A DNA stretch of 64,000 nt from contig JBHLOY010000002.1 in assembly GCA_048939995.1 (NCBI GenBank), forward strand, positions 288,001 to 352,000, read 5' to 3'. Below are positions 21,133 to 30,867 of this stretch, one piece after another; position 1 is the first letter of the stretch; the number at the start of each line of letters is the position of its first letter. The notes under the pieces were generated by a model. The model saw nothing but the letters and a program-made list of their open reading frames with translations, was not told where the DNA came from and did not search any database. The translations under genes were made by a program, and so were the position numbers. Origin of the DNA: Promethearchaeota archaeon (GTDB lineage: Archaea; Asgardarchaeota; Lokiarchaeia; Sigyniarchaeales; SOKP01).

Positions 21133-23147
21133 TCCCCTCCCATTATAATTGAAAATAATTGCTCACCAGTAAAACCTAGAATATCTATTGCTGCACATCT
21201 ACAATTACCTGAACAAGCACCACACCCTTTACATAAGGCTTGGTTGACCGAAGCTACTTTACCAAATCGCTTATCATCAATCAGCTCAATCGCGCCATAA
21301 GCACAATTTTCTACACACATACCGCATCCAATACAACGTTCTGGAAGCACAACCGCATAATAAGGTTCTAATTCCACTTCTCCTCTAGCCATTAGCGTTG
21401 CAGCACTCGAAGCTGCACCCTTTGCTTGAGCTACGGAATCGGGGATATCCTTCGGACCTTGGGCAACACCAGCAATAAATATTCCTTCAGTTAAAGTGTC
21501 AACAGGCCTTAATTTTGGATGAGCTTCCATGAAAAATCCATCAGAAGATCTCTGAACTCTTACCAAAGAAGCAACTTTATCAGCGTCTACTCTAGCTTCT
21601 AAACCACATGAAAGAACTAATAAATTAACCTTAATTTCAATAGGTTCTTGAAGCAGAGTATCTTCTGATCTAATAATTATATTATGATCTTGATCTTCAC
21701 TAACTTCAGCAATTCTTCCTCGAATGTAATTTATTCCGTAATTTCTTGCTGCTGATTCATAAAACTCTTCATAACCCCTCCCAAAAGCTCGGATATCCAT
21801 ATAAAAAATATAGACATCTGCATCTGGGTGTTTTTCCTTATACTGTCTGGCTTGTTTTGTGGCATACATACAGCATACCCTTGAGCAATATTGATTCCCT
21901 CCTTCTCTAAAGTTTCTACTGCCAACACATTGAAGAAACGCAATACTATGAGGTTCTTTAAGATCAGATGGACGAGCTGGCTTTCCAACTAATGGACCAG
22001 TAGAACTTAATAATCGTTCCATCTGAAGTCCATTAATCACATTTGGATATTTACCATATCCGTATTGTTTCAATTCAGTTGGGTCATATAAATCCCAACC
22101 TGTAGCTATAATTATTGTTCCAACTTTAACTTTAATATATTCTGGTTCTTCATCTAATCTAATCGCATCTGGTTCACAAACAGTTGGTCTCGCACAAATT
22201 CCGCATTTAATACATTTATCCATATCTATAGTGTATTTGCCAGGAACAGCTTGAGGAAATGGAATATATATTGCTTTTCTAGTAGCTAACCCAATATCAA
22301 ATTCATTTGAACATACAATGGGGCATTTCTCCTCACAAACTCCACACCCTGTACATGCTTCTTGATCTACATAATGAGGTTTTTTCAATATTGTAACTTC
22401 AAAATTCCCAACATAACCAGTTATTTCTAATACTTCCGAATAAGTTAATAGCTCGATATTTTCGTTTCTTGCAACATCAACCATTCTGGGAGTTAATATA
22501 CAAGCACTACAATCCATAGTCGGGAAAGTTTTATCTAATTGTGCCATATGGCCTCCTATGGTTGGAGTCTTTTCGATTAAATACACCTTATACCCTTCAG
22601 TGGCTAAATCTAAAGCTGAATTCATACCTGCTATACCTCCTCCAATAATCAAACAAGCAGGTTCAATTTCTACGGTTTTTACTTCTAAAGGTTTTAGTTC
22701 TCTTGCTTTAGCAACTGACATTTTAATAAGATCTTTTGCTGCTTCAAAGGCTCCCTCTGGATCTTTCATATGTACCCAAGTAGAATGCTCTCTGATGTTC
22801 GCTTGTTCAAATAAAAACTGATTTAAACCAGCTTCTTTACACACTAATCTAAAAGTAGGTTCATGCATTCTTGGAGAACATGCTGCTACAACGACTCTAT
22901 TTACTAAACCTGATTGTATATCTTCTTTTATTATATTTTGACCAGTATCTGAACAAAAAAACTTATATTCACGTGCAACAGCAACATCGGGTAATTCTTT
23001 AGCATACTCTACCAAATCAGGTACTGAAACGACTCCACCTATATTTACACCACAATGGCATACATATACTCCAACTTGGGGCTTTTCATTACCAGTGACC
23101 ACAATGCCTTTTTTAATTTTTTCTACCTTTTTTTTAGTTTCAGTCAT
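21129..23147 (-). CDS. hdrA: Heterodisulfide reductase subunit A
   Basis: VGVYVCHCG, GGGIAG, DKTFPTMDCSACIL, CVGSR, CSRVCC and C-terminal ferredoxin motifs. Confidence 0.95.
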   Translation of the reverse strand: MTETKKKVEKIKKGIVVTGNEKPQVGVYVCHCGVNIGGVVSVPDLVEYAKELPDVAVAREYKFFCSDTGQNIIKEDIQSGLVNRVVVAACSPRMHEPTFRLVCKEAGLNQFLFEQANIREHSTWVHMKDPEGAFEAAKDLIKMSVAKARELKPLEVKTVEIEPACLIIGGGIAGMNSALDLATEGYKVYLIEKTPTIGGHMAQLDKTFPTMDCSACILTPRMVDVARNENIELLTYSEVLEITGYVGNFEVTILKKPHYVDQEACTGCGVCEEKCPIVCSNEFDIGLATRKAIYIPFPQAVPGKYTIDMDKCIKCGICARPTVCEPDAIRLDEEPEYIKVKVGTIIIATGWDLYDPTELKQYGYGKYPNVINGLQMERLLSSTGPLVGKPARPSDLKEPHSIAFLQCVGSRNFREGGNQYCSRVCCMYATKQARQYKEKHPDADVYIFYMDIRAFGRGYEEFYESAARNYGINYIRGRIAEVSEDQDHNIIIRSEDTLLQEPIEIKVNLLVLSCGLEARVDADKVASLVRVQRSSDGFFMEAHPKLRPVDTLTEGIFIAGVAQGPKDIPDSVAQAKGAASSAATLMARGEVELEPYYAVVLPERCIGCGMCVENCAYGAIELIDDKRFGKVASVNQALCKGCGACSGNCRCAAIDILGFTGEQLFSIIMGGE

Positions 23148-23161
23148 TTATATCTAACCTT

Positions 23162-24118
23162 CTATATTAACTGATTTTTTATTATATTCAAGAAGGGATC
23201 TATTGAGATGAATGGGGGTACTCCTGTTAGTTCATGGTTTTTTAATAAACCTAATTTATTAGGGTCCATTCCAAATGATAAACCCAAAAGTTGGGTGATA
23301 TATACAACTGGAATTTCCAAAGGTTCCCCAATTATATCTTTATAGATTCCATTTGCTTCCATCTGCCCTAAATCAAGTTGTAAATGGCAGAATGGGCAGC
23401 AATCCACTACGATATCTGCGCCAGCATCGCGCATATTCATGAGCTTTTCTCTAGTAAAATCTGCTGAAACCTCTTTTACAGCAGTCCTTACAGCTCCACC
23501 TGCTCCGCAACACATGAATTTATCCTTATACGTAATACTTTTTGCCCCGGTTAATTCTACAATTTCATCTAAAAATATCGGGTCTTCACATTCCCCATTC
23601 CAAGGACGTTTATCGCTTGGTTTTATAATATGACATCCATAATGCACTGCAACCTTAAGATCTTGAAATTTGTATTTTATATGATCACGTAAGTAATCTA
23701 GACCCATATCTAAATATAGAGCTTGTACAACATGCTTTGGCTCTAAATTACCTTTATAAGTTCTTCCTATTTTTTCGAGTTCTTTTTGTACCATTTTTTT
23801 CATTTCAGGTTCATGTTCTAATTCGAACCACGCGTCTCTAAGGGTACCATAACACCCATTACATCCAGTTATAGGATTTACTCCAATTTGTTCGGCAATC
23901 GAAATATTACGAGCAGCTATTACTAACCACGTTGGAATATGGAAAGCTCTAAATACACCTGGAGCAGGACAACAAGAAGCTCCTGGTAAATCCAGAATTT
24001 CAGCTCCAAGAAAATCAAACACATTTCTAATAGAGGCTTCTATCATAGGATATCTATTAGGTATTACACAACCAAGAAATAATCCATATTTCCATTTATA
24101 TTCTGAGCTTTCATTCAT
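23162..24118 (-). CDS. hdrB: Heterodisulfide reductase subunit B
   Basis: FLGC, SCCPAPG, CNGCY, HYGCH, CCGAGG, CPFCHLQLD. Confidence 0.95.
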   Translation of the reverse strand: MNESSEYKWKYGLFLGCVIPNRYPMIEASIRNVFDFLGAEILDLPGASCCPAPGVFRAFHIPTWLVIAARNISIAEQIGVNPITGCNGCYGTLRDAWFELEHEPEMKKMVQKELEKIGRTYKGNLEPKHVVQALYLDMGLDYLRDHIKYKFQDLKVAVHYGCHIIKPSDKRPWNGECEDPIFLDEIVELTGAKSITYKDKFMCCGAGGAVRTAVKEVSADFTREKLMNMRDAGADIVVDCCPFCHLQLDLGQMEANGIYKDIIGEPLEIPVVYITQLLGLSFGMDPNKLGLLKNHELTGVPPFISIDPFLNIIKNQLI

Positions 24119-24720
24119 GACTTATTCTCCTCTTGGTTTTCTTTTTTATCTCGTTCTTCTTTAAGTTTTTTAGCATTTTCCATTAATTCAGTAAACCCAA
24201 CCGATTTCATTAAGTCTTGACACTCCTTTACCGCTTCTGGATATGTATGAACAGTTGGAGGTAAAGGTGGTAATCCATAAGATTCTCTTAAATCTCGCCA
24301 TTTTTTGTTTGCTTCTCCATTTGCTGGTACTCCATGACCTGTGACATAAAAAATCTTGGTTGCTAAACCAAAATGAGAATCTAAAATAAAACCCTCTTCC
24401 ACAGCAATATTTCTTAATTTTATTATCATATCTGTTACTGGAATATTACGCGGACATCGTTCATAACAAGTATAACATGTAGAACATAACCAGATATCAA
24501 TATCTTTCAAGACACTCTCATCTCCCGTTAAAGCCCGGCGAATTGCGGAACGTGTTCGGTATGCGGTTCGTCTTCCAGATGGACAACTGCCCGTACAAGT
24601 ACCACAATTAATACACGCTCTAATTCGCTCTAATCCAGCATCAACAAACTTTTGAGCAATTCTGGAATTTGTGTCTTTGTGTACTTTTCTTTTAATATAT
24701 TTTTCTACATTATCGCTCAT
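24115..24720 (-). CDS. hdrC: Heterodisulfide reductase subunit C
   Basis: CINCGTCTGSCPS, WLCSTCYTCYERCPR, TGHGVP. Confidence 0.93.
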   Translation of the reverse strand: MSDNVEKYIKRKVHKDTNSRIAQKFVDAGLERIRACINCGTCTGSCPSGRRTAYRTRSAIRRALTGDESVLKDIDIWLCSTCYTCYERCPRNIPVTDMIIKLRNIAVEEGFILDSHFGLATKIFYVTGHGVPANGEANKKWRDLRESYGLPPLPPTVHTYPEAVKECQDLMKSVGFTELMENAKKLKEERDKKENQEENKS

Positions 24721-25008
24721 ATTTTTCCCAGTTTCGTCAATAATTGTAAATTTAAATTGAAATTGTATAAAAAAGTGAGAAAATTACTCTCTTAATAGTT
24801 TGATCAAACTACTTTATTTAATAATCTTAAGAAGTGAAAAGTATTTTTAATTATAAAATTTGTTATTGTCCTTTTAAAATAGATATACGCCAAATAATTA
24901 ATTTTTATATTTACTACTTTTAAAAGACCAACAAAAAAGTCTAAATTTGAGATAATTTTAGCTTCAAGAGAATTTATATCATGTAGAAAATAATGATGAT
25001 GTAGATTA

Positions 25009-25500
25009 TTACTTATTTGATAATTCCTTAAGATACTCTTTCTGTTTATCTTCGGGTAAAAATACCAATTCTTTTTTAATTTCTTTTAGCTCTTCCTTAG
25101 TTAAATCCAAAGATAATAATTCCCGCCGAATCTCCTTTTTAAGAACGATGAAAATCCTTGCAAAGTATTTTTTTACTATTTCTAACTTTTCAAAACTAGT
25201 ATTATTATTTTTAATAAAAATCACCGAAACTTTTTTAGAGCATAAATTATCATCTTCTAATTATTAAATGATCTTTTGATTTCTTAAAAAATTAGGAGTC
25301 CAATCCTTAGAGTTAAGTAGCTCTCAAATTAATTCTAAACAGAGAGAGATAAGGAACTATAATATAAATAATTGGATTATTATTATAACGACAAAAAAGA
25401 TTTATAACCCAATTTGAGATGACTTCTTTGGGAGTTCCCTAAACTCTAATTTGAGCCAATATTTCTCAGACAAACGGATTAAGATGCTTATATTAAAAGT
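25009..25500 (-). pseudogene. Probable decayed gene; the 71-aa ORF is its C-terminal remnant
   Basis: The helical tail ELLSLDLTKEELKEIKKELVFLPEDKQKEYLKEL looks protein-like. The same frame continues upstream through a hydrophobic stretch interrupted by several stops. Confidence 0.4.
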
Positions 25501-25630
25501 CCTTTTTTTCCTATTACTAATTAGAAAAACTATTATACAGAATAGGTTTAAATAGAAAAAATTTGATTATAAGGTTAGTCCGTTAATAAACCTTCTCAGA
25601 ATTCTATTTCGAGGTAGCCAGAGGAGACCT

Positions 25631-25888
25631 ATGAGTCTAAATTTTGATGATTATAGGGCAATTAAGAAGGAGTTTAAGCAGAAACTGCGTTGGTTTGAAG
25701 AGGAATTTGAATTAATTTTCAAAAATAAGACGCATAACTATTCTAAAGATGACATTAAACTTGCAAACGAGATTTTGGATAGACTCTCTGAAACTATTAA
25801 TGAATATCGAGATGAGAAGTTATTATATCATCTAGTCTCAACCTTAAATAATATTGAAAGAAATCATCCCGAATTTTTCCAGAAATAA
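25631..25888 (+). CDS. Small helical hypothetical protein
   Basis: 85-aa ORF preceded by a strong RBS (GAGGAG); natural amphipathic composition. Confidence 0.75.
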   Translation: MSLNFDDYRAIKKEFKQKLRWFEEEFELIFKNKTHNYSKDDIKLANEILDRLSETINEYRDEKLLYHLVSTLNNIERNHPEFFQK

Positions 25889-25889
25889 A

Positions 25890-26282
25890 TTAGAAAAAAG
25901 GTCCAAACTTCTTATAAATTCTGATTAGATTCTCTTGATAAAACTGAATCCTTTCATCATCAGGATTTAATTCTTTTGCTTTCTGCATAGTTTTTTCTGC
26001 TAAAATATGGTCTCCCTTATCTAAATAAGTAATAGTTAATAAGCCCCACGCTTCAAGTGAAGAGTGATTAAATTCAATAGCTCTTTTGAAGCAAACAATA
26101 GCATCACTCAAATTACCAACACGCCGTTTAGCTATACCTAATAAAAGCCAAGCATCATTATTTGATGGGTTTTCATCTAAGAACTTATTAAGATATTTGA
26201 TCGCTTTAAAATTTTTGTTCTTAAGTAAAAATTCATTAATTTGGGTGAGTGGGCTTTCTAATTCGGAGATATTGAACTGCAT
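25890..26282 (-). CDS. Tetratricopeptide repeat protein
   Basis: DAWLLLGIAKRRVGNLSDAIVCFKRAIEFN and EAWGLL...AKELNP are TPR repeats. Confidence 0.88.
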   Translation of the reverse strand: MQFNISELESPLTQINEFLLKNKNFKAIKYLNKFLDENPSNNDAWLLLGIAKRRVGNLSDAIVCFKRAIEFNHSSLEAWGLLTITYLDKGDHILAEKTMQKAKELNPDDERIQFYQENLIRIYKKFGPFF

Positions 26283-26698
26283 AATTCTTTAGCTATTATA
26301 ATTCTACTATATTAATTATCTATGTTCCTTTATATAATTTTAACTTTTTTGAAAAATATTCTTTTAAAAAACAACTAAAGAATAAAATATCATAAATAAC
26401 TCTTGATCCTTCGAGATTATCAATAAATTTAACGTGTTTTTTTATTTTCCTATTTTTCAGATTAAAAATTAGAAAATTAAGCACACATCCATGTAATAAA
26501 GTAATTTTGAAATTAGCTCTGTAACATATCTTAAGTTTCACGAACATTCATGTTAAACAATAAATTTTAAATACTTATAAAAAGTAATCTTAACTAGTTC
26601 AAAATAACGCTTTTGATTAACTTAAAAAATAGTTTATTCGTAATTCTTATAATTACTCAAAGCAAATTATTGCTAATAATTAGGAAATAAAGATTAAT

Positions 26699-27955
26699 TT
26701 GGCATCAAATAGCTTAAGTCAAGAGAGTAAAGAAATCATCGATGTTGATGAATTTCTTGATAAGTATCAGTATATATCAAATCTAGATCTTAAACATATA
26801 CTAAATCTTGATTTTGAGCTTGATTATTATTATAAATCTAAAAAAGTATGTCCAATAATAGAATTAGCTAAACCTGAAGATGCAAAAGAAATTGTAAGTA
26901 TTTTCAACGAAATTTATAGAGGAAATTACCCTTATAAGCAAATGGAAGATATTGATTCTATAAGAAGGATGATTACTCATTCAAATTATTATTGGTTTGT
27001 ATTTAAGTTAAAATCGAAAGAAATTGTTGGTTGCTTTGGAGCAGATTTAGATTTGAATGAAAAGCGAGCATTCCTTCATGGTTTTAATATTAAAAAACAA
27101 TACCAAAAAACAACTGATATCTTTAAAGCATTTATTGGATGTATAATTTATTTATGGAGAGAATATCGAGACAAAATCTTTTTATGGTATGGAGAGATGC
27201 GAACTAATGAAGCCATCTCCCAATTTTTTACATCGTTAATTGGTATGAAACCCGTTGCATTTCTTCCTAATAAAGATATATTCTTTAATAAAATTGAATC
27301 TGATGTTTTGCACATTATATTTAATAAAGCAGTACTGAAACAATATCGATTCAAAGAAAAACCTAAAATAATTAGACAAGTTTTAAATTGTTATAGTTAT
27401 ACAAATAAAAGATATGATCTTGATTTACCTCATATTGAAAATCCAAAGATCAATTTAAACAGAAAAGAGATCGAATTAATTAAATCATCAGTTTCTACTG
27501 AAATTAAAGAAGATACTTTTGGAAATCAAGAAGTAAAATTTTTTCTGAAAAAGAATTCCTCATTTTTTGAATTTTTCTATAATATTTATAGTAAAAATAT
27601 TGAAAATACGAAATATACGGTTCATTCTTTAGAAGAATTATTTGTTTTTATTGAAAAGGTTAAAATCTTTATTGATTCAATGAATATAAATTATTTCGAA
27701 TGTTATGTCTCAGCATATTTCCCTGAACATCAAAAATTGTTTAATGATGCTGGATTTAAACCCAGAGGGTATGTGCCTTGTTGGAAATTTCATGAATCTG
27801 AAAATTATTTTGAAGATCAAATTATTTTTAATTCTTTTAATGGATCGATTGACGAGAACATAAAGCTAATTCCAGAAGCAATTGATTTAATTCAAACTTT
27901 AAACCTTTCTAAAGATAAACAAATTCAAGATTCTTTGAAGATAAATATTTTTTAA
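26699..27955 (+). CDS. GNAT-fold protein (probably tandem GNAT domains)
   Basis: IELAKPEDAKEIVSIFNEIY..YPY, EIVGC, FNIKKQYQ, FFTSLIGMKPVAFLP and a second AGFKPRGYVP motif. Confidence 0.7.
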   Translation: MASNSLSQESKEIIDVDEFLDKYQYISNLDLKHILNLDFELDYYYKSKKVCPIIELAKPEDAKEIVSIFNEIYRGNYPYKQMEDIDSIRRMITHSNYYWFVFKLKSKEIVGCFGADLDLNEKRAFLHGFNIKKQYQKTTDIFKAFIGCIIYLWREYRDKIFLWYGEMRTNEAISQFFTSLIGMKPVAFLPNKDIFFNKIESDVLHIIFNKAVLKQYRFKEKPKIIRQVLNCYSYTNKRYDLDLPHIENPKINLNRKEIELIKSSVSTEIKEDTFGNQEVKFFLKKNSSFFEFFYNIYSKNIENTKYTVHSLEELFVFIEKVKIFIDSMNINYFECYVSAYFPEHQKLFNDAGFKPRGYVPCWKFHESENYFEDQIIFNSFNGSIDENIKLIPEAIDLIQTLNLSKDKQIQDSLKINIF

Positions 27956-28033
27956 TTTCCATTAAATAAATTTATTTTTTACAATTTTCTAAGGATCTAA
28001 TTAAAAGATATAATTATTTAGACAGAATAACCT

Positions 28034-28876
28034 ATGGTCAAAGAAAAACTTAAGAATTGGAAGCAATCTTATTGGAATCAAATATCCAGAAATATTGGAT
28101 TAATCAATATAGAGGATCAAGAGATTCTACGTAAAACAAATATCGCAGTTTTTGGTTTAGGTGGACTAGGTGGTCCTTTAGTTGAACAATTAGTTCGAAG
28201 TGGATGTGAAAATCTCTTAATATGTGATAATGATAAATTTGAACCTTCTAATCTTAATCGTCAATTGTGTACTAAAAAAGATATTGGAAAGTATAAAGTG
28301 GATGTTATAGAGGTTTTTCTTAAATCTATAAATCCTGATCAAAAGTTAAAAAAAGTTAGAGAAGTCAATGGAACCAATTTAGAAACGATTTTAAATAATA
28401 TAGCAATTACAGTTTTAACTCTAGATGACCCAATTACTTCAATCTTAATTGCTAGACAATGTTGCAAGAATAAGATACCTCTATTGGAATCGTGGGCTAT
28501 TCCCTATCTTTTTGCATTGTGGTTTACGGAGAAGAGTGCAGAATATGAAAGTTTTTATGGATTTAAGACACAGAACATGTCTATTCAAGAATTAATTAAA
28601 TCTAAAGATGTTTTATTAGAGATTAAAATAAATTTTTTGAAAAAACTTACCCAATTTCCTGGAATAAAAGAAAGATATAATCGAGAGGAAGGTGCATACG
28701 AAGCTCTCTTAGCAGGAAAAATTCCATTAGTTTCTTTTGCCCCAATTGTGAGAATAACTGCATCATATCTCGCATTTGAGGTAATTTTCACAGGTATTTT
28801 GAAGATCAAAAAAATGAATTTAGCTCCAAATATTATTGGCTATGATTATTTCAATATGAGCCCCATAAATCTATGA
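28034..28876 (+). CDS. ThiF/MoeB/E1-like adenylyltransferase
   Basis: SRNIGL, IAVFGLGGLGG, CDNDKFEPSNLNRQ, DIGKYKV. The Zn-binding CxxC pairs of MoeB/UbaA are absent. Confidence 0.9.
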   Translation: MVKEKLKNWKQSYWNQISRNIGLINIEDQEILRKTNIAVFGLGGLGGPLVEQLVRSGCENLLICDNDKFEPSNLNRQLCTKKDIGKYKVDVIEVFLKSINPDQKLKKVREVNGTNLETILNNIAITVLTLDDPITSILIARQCCKNKIPLLESWAIPYLFALWFTEKSAEYESFYGFKTQNMSIQELIKSKDVLLEIKINFLKKLTQFPGIKERYNREEGAYEALLAGKIPLVSFAPIVRITASYLAFEVIFTGILKIKKMNLAPNIIGYDYFNMSPINL

Positions 28877-28893
28877 AACGAGTTCATTAAATA

Positions 28894-29949
28894 ATGCGAA
28901 TTGAAATTATATCTAAATCTGACGAAATTCTAAAATTTTTACATCTAGGCATTAATCTTCCAATTTTACCAAGTCTCCATAAATATATTTTAAAAGCTTT
29001 TGAGATTTTTAAACCAAATGCAATCTTTGTCAGAAAAGAAAAATCAGAATCTAATTCATCTATTTCGCTAATGAATGATGTATTGGGTATTTGCTTGGTT
29101 TTTAAGCACGAGGAATTCTTATTTTTTGGCTTTTTTGGTGCAAAAAATGATGATCCAATAATAATAGAATTATTAATTAAAAGCTTAATAAATTATGCTC
29201 AAAATGGGGATTATAAATATATAAGAGGTCCTATAAATATACCTGCAATAATTTATGGATATGGATTCTCAGTAGAAACAAATTTTGAAAAGCTAGATGT
29301 AAATATTAATGATTTATTTATTGCTTGTCCTGTAAGTGATCCATTCTACTATCAAAAATTTTTGAAAAATAGGTTCTATGAAAAGTATACGGAAGATTTT
29401 TATTACATGCCAGTGATTAAACTAGATCCATTTAAATTAAAATACGATTACAATGATTATGAAGTATTATTTCCAGGGAAAAAGAAAATATGGAATTATA
29501 TGAATGACGTTTTAATTTTACACCTTAAAAATATGCCAAAGGAATCATTAATTACTCCAAATTCACCTCAATATGCTAGTATTATCGCTGACTTTATATA
29601 TGATTTCGGTAAGCCTTGGATGATATGGTTGGTGAGGTATAAACCTACCAATAGCATTGTTGGAACAGCTCATATTGTACCAAATATATTTGGTGAGAGA
29701 GATAGTAAAGACAGATATAAAACAGCTTCTTTTCAACATGTTGTGATTGATAGGCAGCATCAAAGAAAAGGATTAGTATTTCTTCTTTATGGAATGGGAT
29801 CTTTAAAAGCACGAGATAAAAAGTCTGGAAACAATTTAAAATATGGTTTAGGAGTTGTTGCTTCAAACAATAGACCCTCAATCGCTTGGATAAAGAGATT
29901 GGGCGGGAAATTATTTAAACGTAGCATTATTTTAGAATATAAATTATAG
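28894..29949 (+). CDS. Long GNAT-family N-acyltransferase (YghO-like)
   Basis: FFGFFG...YIRGPINIP in the N-terminal half; acyl-CoA motif A (VVIDRQHQRKGL) and ASNNRPS..IKRLGG in the C-terminal half. Confidence 0.72.
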   Translation: MRIEIISKSDEILKFLHLGINLPILPSLHKYILKAFEIFKPNAIFVRKEKSESNSSISLMNDVLGICLVFKHEEFLFFGFFGAKNDDPIIIELLIKSLINYAQNGDYKYIRGPINIPAIIYGYGFSVETNFEKLDVNINDLFIACPVSDPFYYQKFLKNRFYEKYTEDFYYMPVIKLDPFKLKYDYNDYEVLFPGKKKIWNYMNDVLILHLKNMPKESLITPNSPQYASIIADFIYDFGKPWMIWLVRYKPTNSIVGTAHIVPNIFGERDSKDRYKTASFQHVVIDRQHQRKGLVFLLYGMGSLKARDKKSGNNLKYGLGVVASNNRPSIAWIKRLGGKLFKRSIILEYKL

Positions 29950-30130
29950 TTTACCTGTATCAAGAGATTAATACAGAATATTTTTTTTTAAAAAAATAAT
30001 CCCAAATTGTACAAAAGTTATTATTAAAAAAATAATATGTAAAAAAAGATATCTTTTAGTATCATAACATTTATTATATTTTAAATGGAAGAAAAATCAA
30101 TAATATCTTATTTATCGTTGGTTTTGTTGT

Positions 30131-30850
30131 ATGGTTTTATATCAAATTGAATGGGCTAGGTTTCTTCCAATTTTTATAGCTCAGCCTCTGGCAGCTATTT
30201 TATTCGTTACTTTAGCGATCAAGACTCTGATAAGAAAAAAAGATCAAGTTTCACTGAGTTTAGCTGCGTTTTATTTGATTTCAAGTTTCAGTTTAATTAT
30301 TAATCTAGTTTACTTAATACTAACTATATTTTTAGAAATTCAATTATTACTGTACTTTCTCTATTTCTTAACGGCTTATCTTTTGATTTTTTCTTCATTT
30401 TTTCTCATAAGTTTTTTAAGTTTACTCCTTAACATTGAGAGTAAATTCAATTCAAGAAAAAATTTAGCAATATTAATCGCTTATGCTATTGTTTGCCTTT
30501 TAATTTTGCTATATCCAGAAGGAATAACGCTAGATCCTTCTAATAATTGGAGACCAATATATAGTTTTGAATTTTTATTAATTATGTATGCTTTTTTTAC
30601 CTCAATTGTGTTTATTCCAACAATTGTTTTTTCTGTAAAGTTGTATAGAAGGTTTGAAGCAAAAAATTTGAAAAGAAAATTCAGGATCCTAATCATTGGG
30701 ATCATTGAAATGTTAACTCTGTTATATGGAACAGTACTTTTTAATACAACTATGAGTGTAATAATAAGAAATATGTGGGGAATATTATCTTTAATAATTT
30801 TAATAAGTTCAGCTTTACTAATTTATGTTGGAATTGGACTTAATCCCTAA
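30131..30850 (+). CDS. Stand-alone multi-TM (about 7) receptor-like membrane protein
   Basis: About seven hydrophobic segments with short loops and a basic loop (KNLKRKFR), resembling HisKA-7TM sensor domains. Confidence 0.7.
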   Translation: MVLYQIEWARFLPIFIAQPLAAILFVTLAIKTLIRKKDQVSLSLAAFYLISSFSLIINLVYLILTIFLEIQLLLYFLYFLTAYLLIFSSFFLISFLSLLLNIESKFNSRKNLAILIAYAIVCLLILLYPEGITLDPSNNWRPIYSFEFLLIMYAFFTSIVFIPTIVFSVKLYRRFEAKNLKRKFRILIIGIIEMLTLLYGTVLFNTTMSVIIRNMWGILSLIILISSALLIYVGIGLNP

Positions 30851-30867
30851 ATTATTAAACATATAAA

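Noticed and set aside
11567-24720. Selenocysteine (UGA) recoding in HdrA/MvhD or the peroxiredoxin, as reported for some Lokiarchaeota
   Set aside because: All these ORFs are full length with Cys at the relevant motifs (DCSACIL, DCSMCIL, CNWC, GCHxGDCHY, TPGC). The TGA codons seen are normal ends overlapping the next start, and no convincing SECIS was found.
26320-26547. 75-aa minus-strand ORF as a precursor peptide for the ThiF cassette
   Set aside because: AT-rich, low-complexity composition on the opposite strand across the probable promoter region; likely spurious.
28034-28876. Ubiquitin/SAMP E1 system
   Set aside because: No adjacent Ubl, E2 or JAB gene, and the Zn-binding motifs of UbaA/E1 are missing.
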